From assembly GCA_004431415.1 (NCBI GenBank), contig QPMI01000415.1, positions 124,001 to 188,000 on the forward strand: 64,000 nucleotides of DNA, read 5' to 3'. This document shows positions 12,001 to 24,000 of the stretch, piece after piece. The notes below the pieces were generated by a model. It was not told the DNA's origin. It worked only from the letters and a program-made list of their open reading frames with translations, and searched no databases. This stretch comes from Cyanophora paradoxa CCMP329 (taxonomy: Eukaryota; Plantae; Glaucophyta). The translations under genes were made by a program, and so were the position numbers. How positions within the stretch are numbered: position 1 is the stretch's first letter; the number at the start of each line of letters is the position of its first letter.

Positions 12001-15000
12001 GTCTGGATTCTCTTACAGAATTTCTCGATGTGGCGGAGCGTGAGAGCCAGAGAGTCGCCAGGTGTGCGTTCACGACCGTGAAAGAATTTATAGAGACCGT
12101 CGTACGACATAGTTAAGTCAGTATATCGCGGTTTTGGCGCCTCCTGACACTTCTTAATGGACGCTCCCCATGTGGAGATGATCATATCGTAGCCGCAAGC
12201 GTTAGATGTCGATGATTTGGGAAGCTCAATAATATCTTCGAACTCAGACGCGTTTGGATTTAATGTGTAGTCTGTGAATTTGCTCATAATCGCGGTGCAT
12301 CGCATGCTGTCCATTAGCTCCTCATCCAGAAACGCATAGCGATTGCCAGGGATAGCACCGGCTCCGTCATCTTCGACACCTTCGTCCCCATCGATCACGA
12401 CCTCATGAACAGTTATAAAGGCATCATCGACACTGCCGCCAAAATCATCGAAACCTTTGCGTAGTTTTTTCTGTTCCTCGGTTGGTGGTGTCTTAAAGAA
12501 GAACATCTCGTATGCTTGTCCGAAAGTTCCCAGACGAATCTTCAATTCATCGTAGTTTTCGAGTAAATCGAAGATTGAATCTCTCTCTTCCGAATAATAA
12601 CGATTTTGAGCGGTGAGAATTCCATACACACTATCGATTTTTGCCAGAGCAAAGCTTCGCAACACACTCACCGAAACTGTCTCTCTTAGATTGCGGTAGG
12701 TGACAAAGGTTCTGTCTGGCATATTTGATTCGGGAATTCCGGGAATAACAATTACCTCCGACGACCGAGCACCGGATCCAGGTCCCCATAGCTTGAACGT
12801 AATTGTTGCGAGAGTTTCCGGATCATATTGGGCGATTGGATCGAGAATAATGCGTTTAATCGCATCCTCTACCGCTTTTAGTTTACCTCTCTGCTGCTTC
12901 GCTTCGAGTTTCGCTTCTTTCGCCCGTTTCTGTTCTCGTTTGCGATCGAAGCGCTGTAAACGCTTCGCCTCTTGTTCTTTTTGCTTTTGCTTTTCTATAT
13001 TAACTTGGGTGCGAGCGGCGCGCTTTTCTTTCCGCTCTGCCCTGCGGAAAACGCGGGGATTAATGATGCCATTCAGAGTATCCCGAATGTCGATCAGCGT
13101 TTGGAGCTTGGGCTTCCGATTCATTGTGTTGTGCATCGCCCAATGCGCCTGTTCTTCGGTTAGCAAATCCTGACTCAATCCCTGCATAATGTATCCGATA
13201 ATTTCATCCCGAACATTGTTAGCGATTCTGTTGGTTGCGCGCGGCATCTCTATTAGTTCTTTTAAAATAACCGGAGAAAATAATTTCGGCGCAATCTACC
13301 AAATTCTCCTTTTCATACCCTTGTCGCCAATTCTTTAAGTGCTTTTTGACCGATACGGGGAATAAAAAGGGAGGTAAAAAATTAATCATTTTTTGCATCG
13401 TGCGGATACTTTCCGCTACGAAGTTTTTGCGTTCTCGACGACATGCTTTCGGGGTCTTCCAGCGGGCTTTTGCGGCTGGGGCTTCACCGGCGGATTCAGC
13501 TTGCGTTCCGCTCTTTTCCTTCGTTGGTATTCACGTGCCTTCTCTCGGATTTTCTCCCGATACTCTTCATCGTCTTGGTATCGCTGCTGTTTACGAATTG
13601 CGATCTTTTGTAGCTGTTCCGGTGTGAATATAGTAGCCTCTCCGGCGGCTAATCGCTCTTGCTTTTGTCTCTGATGCTTGTTTCGCTGCCGCTCTGCATC
13701 TTTCTCGCGTTTTAGTCTTAATCTCTCCGCTTTCTCCTCTTCTGTGATCACCTTCTTCGGTCGCCCTGGTCTGCGCTTTTCTTGCTGTGCCGCCATTGCC
13801 TCTTGGTTTGAAATCTTGGGTTTCGCCATTTACTATAACCGGAGAAAATAGTTTTTTGTCACTCTGTATTATTTCCCTTGCCCTTATATACCTTTTACCG
13901 AAACCTTCAATTTTTGCCCTTGGCTCGATACAAGCGCCACCGAAATTCACCGCTCAATAACCGTTCCAGACGGTTCTTTCTTGTTGCTGAGGATATACAT
14001 AAGGTTGCTGAGGATAAACATAAGGGTTCGTTACATTTTCATCGTCGCCTAATGGCATTTGATCCAATCTATACATCGGATAAGGGGAGTCAGCGCGCAA
14101 ATGACCTTCTACAAATTCGGGACATGAGCGCCTTCTAATATGCTCTACATGCACGTCCTCTATCTGAGCGGTTTCGATATTAGAACTCATAGCCGCGGGC
14201 ACAGGCGAAGGCGATCGAGATCGTGGGTGGTTGTGATTGTCGCTGTGGTTAGAATATACAGAAAGGCGCCTACCTCCATTCTCGTCGTCAGAAATATTAA
14301 CCTCTACGGTTGTGTCGCAGCAAGAGTTGTGGCACGTGCTTGTGAAATGCAAATGAAACATTTCAATGCATTGTGTGATGAAATTCATCGACCCTACAAA
14401 TGGGCAACGTATTAAATATCGGAGAAAATAAAAGGGAATGAGGGCTTTACTTGCTCGTGTGTTCCCATACGAGTTAGTCGACCTTATAATGCTGTTTATG
14501 GAGCCGACCTGTCCCTTTTGCAGGGGAGTCCACATAAAGACCCGCTCTAAATACGGGCGGGTTCAGCTTTGCCTTGCGGATATTCACAGTCATTAGCGGA
14601 TATGGCGTTTACCACCGAGCATTGCCGCGAAATTCGCTGGTGCTGTCGGCACTATATGTGCATATTGCGGGGCAACCGATTGCTGACGAGTTACGGCTTG
14701 TGCATCTGTTTTTTCCTCCTTTTTAATCTCCTCTACGTCGACTTTTTGCTTTAATCCGAGTTTGGAGATCTCTTTCTTCACGAGCCCCTTTAATTTCTTG
14801 CGTTCGTTATAATCTTGCATCCATTTCTCGTAGTTTGACACTTTCATTTCAAGGTCTCGCACTTTCTCTTCAAAGCTCATGACAACGTCGACAGGAACCG
14901 TGTGTTTTTGATAGGATCCGCGCTTTTTGAGCTCAGTTTCGGCGGCTTTCGGGACGTCTTGCGTTTTGTGCTGGCTTGCGACAACTTGCGCTTTAATTAC

Positions 15001-18000
15001 TTTGTCGGTTGCTTCATCAACAGAGCCGCCTCCAATCTGTGGTTTTACAGTAGCTAAATCGTCCATTTGGCGTTTACCGCTATCTTGGTTTCCCTTGTCC
15101 GCGGTGGCACTCGCAATAATCGCCTCTTGCTTGGCGACCTCCTCTGGCGAAGTGTCTATAAGATATTCGGGCATTTCGAGACCGCCGCCCGACGTTAATC
15201 CAGACTCTTCAAGTCCGCGATTAGGATTACCAGAAGCGACCGTTTGAATGGTTTGAGGCTTCTTTCGGTAGACCATGATTATCTTTTCTTACACTTGATT
15301 AACATTTTCTTTTTCTTGGCGAAATTTGCGAAAGTTTGGGATACCTTCAAGCTCACGCTCAAATTTGGATAAAGTTTTGCATACAGTTGTCGAATCTTTG
15401 ACAGGCGGCGGTTTTGTCGCTTGCTCCTCTTGCTGTTTGCGCTTCTTTTCTTCAAAAGCCGCCCGCTTGTGGAATTTAGTAAACGGATGGTCATCGATCA
15501 TATCGGCTTTTTCGACCCACCATCGCACAGAATACCCGGTATTATCGTGAATGATCGCTTGGTAGCTATGACAGAATTCTTGGAACATGCGCTTGAAACT
15601 CTCTTTATCCATGTTCCCGAACTCTTCGTGATATGCTTCAAACTCTCGCATGTTTGACCAGCTTAGGAATATGATATACTCCGCATTGCTGCGAATGATC
15701 GTTGAAAGCTTTGTTAGTTTCTGCGATATTAAAGCCACGCTGCAAAAAGTATGACGACCTTGCGCCATCAATTTATTTAGCAAATGATCGCGCGAAAGAT
15801 CGATAGTTCCGGACTCCAAACAATCGTCGAGCACAATGAGAATATTCTTTGGTTTCTTACCCGCAATGATAGCCTTCTTGCGGGCTTCTATGATCGACTC
15901 TACATATTCCGGTTTCCAGGTATCATGCACTTCGTCTGTAATTTGTCCCCAGAAACCGTTGAAACTCGTTGGACAAAAGACCAGAACGTATGAGATCTGG
16001 TCTTCGAGTTCTTTGATCAGCCACTTTAAGAATACCGATTTACCACAATTGGTTTTCGCCAATAGGAGAAATCGTGCGGGAAGTTTCACCCTCTGTTTCG
16101 GGTTCCATTCTTCGAGATCCATGGGCGTCGTCCCTTTTTGCATTCTTTCACTATAAAAACAATAGAAAAATAAGACTGAATGTGGTAATTGGTTTAGATT
16201 TCGTTTAGGATCGCTTTATCACCCAGAATTTCGGCGGCTTTCTCATTGTAAAATCGAGCTGCGTCTTCCTTTGTGTCACATATTTTGCGCCATCTCTGTT
16301 TGTTATGCATGAAATTCGCTTCCCACTTTCCAGATCTCGTTTGATTGACACCACGATAACCACTCGAATTCGTTGATTTCAGCAATCTACGAGTTAGATT
16401 TACAGGATCCACATCATTAAGAACCGCAAGATCGCCGAACAGTTCGGTTGCTTTTGCATTGTATGCTGCTGCGGCTTCTTCTTTCGTGTTGAAGCATCCG
16501 AGATTATAAGAAATTCCGTTCTTTTGAATTTCAGCTCTCCATTTTCCAGTGTCTTTTCTCTGCATCACTCCTTTGAGACCTGACTTATTTGTTCGTCTCA
16601 CGCCAGTGTTAATGACGCTCTCTTGCGGGGTTAAAAAGCGAAGATTGCAACGCCTATTATCCAATTTATCTCTGCTAATGTGATCTACAAAGTGCCCATC
16701 GCGGCTTCCCATAATCCACTTGTGCATGTCAATATTCTTGCCCTTTCCAACATAGCCCCATGCGTAACCTCTGACATTATGAAAATACCACTTACTGATT
16801 TTAGTGACATGCTCATAGTCTGCTTCATCGACAAGCGCAAATTTGCCTTCTCCATGCTTCCCATTAAGTGCGATTCGCCTAATGCCTTCCATTTGTCCGC
16901 CGTATTCCATAATACTGTAAATTGTCTTGTCCTTAAATGGGCAAAAGATAAAAAGAACGTCATTTTTTGTCCGACGAATTCCTTAGCTACTTACACGCCT
17001 GATTCCGTCGGCACCAATTATCATTATGTTATGAGCGAGGGCAATGCACTGAATTTGCATCTTCTGATAAGCGGCACCCGCATACCATTCTGATGAACCT
17101 TCGGCTGCCGTTGTGACACCGTTGAATTCGAAGACCAGATCGAACGCCGATGTGCCTGTGGCATCGATGTAGCCCGTGTTCTCTTGGTTGAGAAGCGACG
17201 CCTTTCCGTTTCCAGCACCGAAGTAAATGCCAGTGAGAGCGGGGTAGCTTGTGCTCTCGGTGAAAATCGCCGAATTATATTTATCTTGAAGTTCGGTCGC
17301 GGCAATCATGAGAGGAAGCGAAGTATTCGAGTAAAGGCGGTTATTGTTGAGTTCCACATAGAAGCTTACGGCGTTGGTTCTGAGTGCACGAGGAGCCAGA
17401 ACGGAGAGAGTTCCGTTGTTAACCTTCGTCTTCGCGTTTTGGCGCACAGAGAATACGAGAGTGTGGATGAGACCCGCACCTGTGAGTTGCGAGAGATTGA
17501 CTCGCGAACCGGAGGCGGTCGGCTGGAAATCTGTGTGTAGGAAACCGATTTCGTTGTAGGGGATCGCGATGCCAGTCGATTTAACACGGGCAATGGTCTC
17601 AGATACAACCGCCTCATCGGCATTTACGACCTTGCAAATAACGCGGGGTTTCAGCACTTGAAGGGAAGCGCCATTGTTGGTTACCGCAATATTAGCAACA
17701 TTGTTTACATCCTCAATGATACCATCCCCTTGCGCCTTGAATTCGATTTCTACTGTGATCTCAGAGTTCAGAGCGCAAAGTGGGAACATCGCCTTCTCGA
17801 AAGGAGAGGGTAAATCGATTTCGTAGGTTCCACCGACAGTGTTACCAGCGGTTCCGACAAGACCACCCACATAGCGAAGTTTCTTATCGAGTTCGCCCTG
17901 TTCGGTCATCAGTAGAAAATACTGGGTGACGAAATCCTCTGGGACAACATAGCGGAATGAAGCGTGAGAGATTTCAATGCGCTTAATTAGCGATCCAATA

Positions 18001-21000
18001 ACGCGAAGGTAGCCAGTAGTTCCAGCGACACCATTCGTGAGATCAGTGAGGGTGATCGGGTTAAGGTCGAGTTGCAGCGCGAGACCATTCAGGAAATGGT
18101 AGCGGGGGATCTTGAAAACTACTCGGTTACCGAGGGCATTGGTTGGTTCGGTATCGGGGGCGACCAGAACTCGAAGTGGCTTAGTGCCAGAGGACGTTCC
18201 AATGACCAGCGACTTGTTTAGGAAATAATCCTTGTAGTCATCGGTGGTGAGCATAGATTTCAGCGTTGGGCGCTGGAATTGGCTGTTAGTCTCCATGAGC
18301 GTTTCTTCTCTTATCTTTGGGATCAGAAAATAATTTACAGGGCTCAATAGAAATTCATTTCGGGCGGTGCGTCGTAGGTTTCGATTTCAAAAGTGAAATA
18401 ATGCGCCCAAACCCGAAATCTAAGAGAGCGCCATCATGGTCGATGAGTTTAATCGTGAGGCGGTCGAAAGATTTTAATTCGCGGAATTCACGAATGAGAG
18501 GCACCGTAGTGGACGTGTCGAAGTGGTAGATATCACCATGTTCGAGTTCCTGTGGGATTGGAATGCGCATGAAATAACCATCGACGTGCTTGTTGACTGA
18601 GCGAATAAACGGCGCAAATTCATCAATATATAGCCAGATCATCGCCGCCGGGGTCTCATCTCCACGAGTATAGCCGCGAATGCGTCGATTGAGTATCACA
18701 GTTCCCGTCCCAGGATTAAACACAAGGAATGTATCGCTTGCAAAAGGGGTAAATGTCTCGTAAACATATAGCTGAATATCTTTGAAACCGAATATTGCGA
18801 GTTTCTTAGCGATTGCTTTGCGATTACTGGATTTTCTGAGTGTTTCAGGGGAAGCTTTGGAGAACTTGAACCAAAAGTTACTATCACTGAAAAACTCATA
18901 GATCTTTGAAGTAGTATTATAGCGGCATTTAATATATTTTCCACCGAAATCTGAAAGGCGAGCTGCTTCGAGTCTTTCTGTGACTTTTGCGGCAAGGTCG
19001 TCTTTGGTGTAAAATCCTTTGGGGATTGTGATGGTCACGAATCCGGAATCCGAAGCTGTGACCGAGAAATAGAGTTCCATGCGCTCGATGGTTGCACCAG
19101 TGGCGTCTATATCATTTGTCACGGTCGAAAGAACATTGGGAACCGTTGCCTGCACCAGGCGCACCGATTTTACGTTGTCATAGCGACGGGGTAATGTCAC
19201 TACATACTGGTTTGGCTGTGTAAACTCCTCGTCGCGATCATCGCTCGAAAAGCTCAGGTATTCTTTCATCTTACTATAATAGATTATGAAAAGAATAACA
19301 ATAAATTGCGACAGTAGAGACCTTGAAAACGGCGTGCTGCACTTGAAAACGCGCCTTAATAATGTTCGACGATTTCGTGTGCTATCCGCTGAGATTCCTA
19401 ATAGCTCTTATGTTGTTCCGCCCGATCAGACAATAACTATAACGCTTCTAAACGAAGAGCCCACAGTAATCCCCGCATCCAAAATGATAGCACCGATTCC
19501 CAGCGTAAACGATTATTATTACGTCGATGCTGATAACGAACGATATCCAAAAGAGAGAGCTCTAAACAGTGATGCTTTACTCGGATTTGCGGGCGGTTCT
19601 TTTGATCCGCTCGGTCTCTTCCCGGTTTCCTATTCTCTCGCTCTGTCTACGAACCGCTTCGTGTTCTCATCTCCGAATAGCCCTTTTACATTAGAGTCCT
19701 CAGACCAGGAGTTCTGTGACTGTCTCGGCATAGAACCCGGAGTGGTTTACGCCAGCACACCAGAACCAGTGCCGGTTCCACTCAGAGATTACCCCAGTCG
19801 CTACGCGATTATATGCCCGAAAATGGTCGACTTTAATGCAATTCCATATATTTACCTTGATATCGAAGAGCTCCGCCCGTTTACCAAATTCGCAGCGGTT
19901 ACTGGGAGACAGAACAATTTCGACGACTCCTATCTATTGCGAATTCAGATGAACTCGGACTTTGGTAGATATTCCTTTTACCACGAACCGAGCGCAAGCA
20001 TCCCTTTCGTAAATGTCACATCGCAACTCGATTTAGATCGCCTCACAATTTCGCTTCGAAAATGGCGGGGCTCTGTTGCGGATATAAACGGTCTCTCATT
20101 CTCGTTCCAGCTCGAAGTGATCACCGATTAAGCGCTGTCACACGTAGTAGCCCTCGAAATCAATTCGGCATGCCGAAGCTACGTTTGTCGAGAGCACCCA
20201 GATTACGAGGGTTCTCACAGATCTCGGGTTTGCTAAGAAATGTTCGTCGGGTTCTACACTTCCGGCTATTTGATTTGCATTTGTAAACACTCTCGTCGCG
20301 CCGGCTTCTGTGTATGTGACAAGCGCCGAAACTCCCGGAGTTAATTGGTAATCGATTTCAAACGTTTTAATGTAGTTTCCATTTGCAGCCGGCTTCATTT
20401 TTATAGAGGAAAGCATAAACAGACGCGGAAAATCAATGCGTAAATAATTGCCTCCCGACCTACTACCTTGCGGCGGGTTAGTAAATCCCACCCACCCCGT
20501 AGCATTTGACCAGCGGGCATCAGAAGCTGTGCCAAATTCCGCAATAAAGGCGCTATTATCGAGCGGCACCCAGTTAGACTCCGGGGGTGCGCTTACATCT
20601 GTGCACCCGGACAGATTAATAATGGGAACGTCTCCCTCTGATATATTCATCGTCAGCACTGAATACATCGCATTAAAATACGTTTGCTGTGCGGAAACAA
20701 ACGCGAGCGCTTCCGTTTCTAAATATTGCAAGTGCGTCGTTGTGATAGTATCGAGGGTCATTTTATCTTTCGGTAAAGGAACGCTCAGCTTATAGTAGCG
20801 ATCGTAATTCTGATCATCGTTTCTGGGTAAAAGTTCCAGCAGCTTTACGTGGGCATTTAGATCGCTCGACTCTAAGAACATGCTGAGAATTGGCGATCCT
20901 GTGGCGCCTAACATCCATTGCACGATCCCCCAATTTTTCATAGTGTCGTACGAATATCCAGATGTCGCCTTATCAGAGTCTTGGACGTGACCCGCCGTAA

Positions 21001-24000
21001 TCGAGACCACGATAAGCTCCTCCTCGCAAGAGTTTCCGAATAAAGTGCGGGCGAATGTGTAGCCGCAAACCCGGGCGAATTATTTCCACTCATGCAACCA
21101 TCAATTAAACAGTATGTTCTTCCGGCGACTGTGACTTGTTTCGGCTCGAAATAGGTCGGAGCAGCCGAGGTAGCCCTTGCAGCATCGCGCACAAGCATCC
21201 CATTAATATCTTCATCATTGCTTGAAATAAAAACGGGGGACATTTGAACCGTGTCGAACGCAGTCACGATGGTGGGTTTATAGAGATCCGCCATAGTCGC
21301 TGAGCCGCAGAGTTCCAGAGCCACAGCTTCTAAATTCGTGGCTTCATACTTGGGGCGTTGCACAATCGATGTAAGCACTCGTGGATTCGCGAAAATCAGC
21401 GGTAGTTTCGCTTTGTAGAGCGCCAGAATATCAGTAGCAGTATATTTAGGGGCGCCATCGGTTCCCTTGATATTCAAAAGGAGCGCGATTAATCCACCTG
21501 TGGATGTTCCCGCAAAGCAGTCGAATAGCTGTTGGATTCGTTTACCGGTTTGGGCTTCAATCTGTGCCAGTATAGCAGCCTCGATTATTCCACGCGACCC
21601 TCCACCACTCAGACATAAAACGGTCTTCATTATCTTATATACTTCTTATATATCTTCTTTGTTTATAAAGAGGATGTCGTTCCTGAATCCGCGACCAGAC
21701 GCACGAGTTATTAATTCGACCACTCAGATAGAGGACACTGATCAGGTAAACACTGAAATTCGCGGGTCTCTGAGAATAAATTACAATGCAGACCGCGAAG
21801 ATCCAGTCAGTGGGACACCGAGCAGACCCGCAGCTTTGCAGTTAATGAACGTCGAGAAAGGGGATCATAAACTTGGAATCGACTTTTTACTTGATGATAA
21901 CGAACGAAACAGAGTCGCCAGCATTCAGGCAACCCGCCAGCTACCGAAAACGGTGCGATATAATCGCAGGAACATCCCAAAAGCATTCGATAGAGGTCGC
22001 TTAAACTTCTTCATTCAAGATGAGAGCGGTTTCCAAAATGCAGCTATGAGAATCGTGGATAATAGCACACTTATAGCGGGAGTATCCACACGGAAAACAA
22101 AGGTAGAGGTCGTCCATGATCTCTCAGCAGGTAATCTAACGACGAGCAATATTACAGCAAGTAACATCACTACGGATACCCTAAATGTAAACTCGCTCAA
22201 CTCCGAGTCGTTTTTCGCCACCAATGTCGCAACCTGTAACCTAAACATCGAATCCTTTGTGATTCAGAAGAGCGAATCGGTTCCCCAGATAACAGAGGGT
22301 GTTTTCACATTAGACCCCGCGAAACCGACCTTAGAAATTGTCGAAAATGGGAACGTTGTCGATATAATTGGCGCCAATGCTCCGAATGTGAGATCCTTAG
22401 CACTTGATAAAACGACTATATCATTTGCAGAAGAAATTCCGGCTTTTACCACAGAGAAACAGGCACTGAGAACAGACCATGTTCACATAACCAGAGACAA
22501 TATAAACGATCTTTTAGGCAAGGACATCGTAAAGGCGTTTTTGGAGTTTGAAAGGAGCAAGAACACCAAAGATTCCAGCCAGGATGGAACCCTCACGACC
22601 CACACAACCGAAATCGCGGCTTTGCAATCAGAAATTAATGCTCTGTTTGCAGCAGATGGAGCGCTTGCAATAACCTTAGCCCATATTCTATCGAAAAGGA
22701 ACATATACCCCGCGACTGACAACACATACCGAGTTGGTTTATCGAATCTGAGATGGTCAGAGTTGCATGGAGTTTCCATGTTTGCCTCCAATTTAATCCT
22801 TCCATTTAATCACTCACTCCGACCCAATCAGATTCTCACCAGTGATAATGCACTGATCAGCTACACTGACTTTAATAGTAACCTTTCCCGATCAGTTTCG
22901 CGGACTGAGACCTACGAGGTCACAGGCTACCCGCAGAAATTCGCAGGTCTCGAAGTTTATGTAGTTTATGCAGACAGTCCAACATACACATTTACTTGGG
23001 ATCAATTGGGTGTCACAGGTTTCGAGACTTTACCTACGGTTACCTTGGTCGATCATACAGTTTACTTTAATCAAATCACTTTGACTGATGAATATAACAA
23101 GGCATATGTCCATAATATCACCTCCACAGGGTTTCAGGTTTTGTTCCAATATGTTGGAACAAATACTCTCATTATCCGGAACTCGTCACTGAACACCATA
23201 GCTAATCTGAGTTTCACTCTTACTGTCAATTATGTCACCCCTGTATTCGATAGCAAACCCAGAGTAAAGGTTTACCGAGATTTACAAGGTAGCAATATCG
23301 TGCCCTTCTCACAGAGTTTCGATCTTGGCGCGAACTCTTTAAGGTGGAACACAGTTTATTCTTTGAGTGCAAACACCTGTAATATTGTAGTCGCAGGTTC
23401 ATCGGCTACTATTGGAGATCTGACCGCCCCTTTTAAAAAGGAGTATCTTAAAGAACTGTATATTACAAAGTCTGATTTACCAGATGCTATTTCGTTGGTG
23501 CTCTCCCCGACTCCCAGCATATCATACCACAATGTGAAAGACACAAGTAATGTAGTGCAGAGGGGAAGTAAAGTATTCCAGGCATCCGAGATAGGATCGG
23601 TCTCATATAGATATCTTGCAGGGGTTCCAGCGAATTTTAATTTCACATTTGAGACACCATTTGTTTCCCCTCCTACTATTGAAATAACAGACACGAATTT
23701 GTATGTGGTCAATGATGGGTCAGCTACATCACTTCAAAATGCACCAGCCGGCTACTCCCCATTTGTTGCAACTAACATAACAACCACCGGCTTCACACTT
23801 GTCGGAAATGCAACAGTGACATATGCTCTGACATCATACCCTGTTGGGTTGTATTTTGCGAAATTTAATCTCTCTGTTATCCCAGCAGTTTCCCTTTCTC
23901 CTCCCTTCACTGTGAGTTGGAAGGCAACAGGAACTATTCCGCGATTTGACCCCGAAGACCGATTAAAAATAAGGTATCCTCTCGATGTTACCGACATTCA

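Noticed and set aside
21467-21673. N-terminal extension of the 1294-aa ORF
   Set aside because: It starts at TTG and overlaps the patatin gene antisense. The ATG at 21674 after TATAAAG is more plausible.
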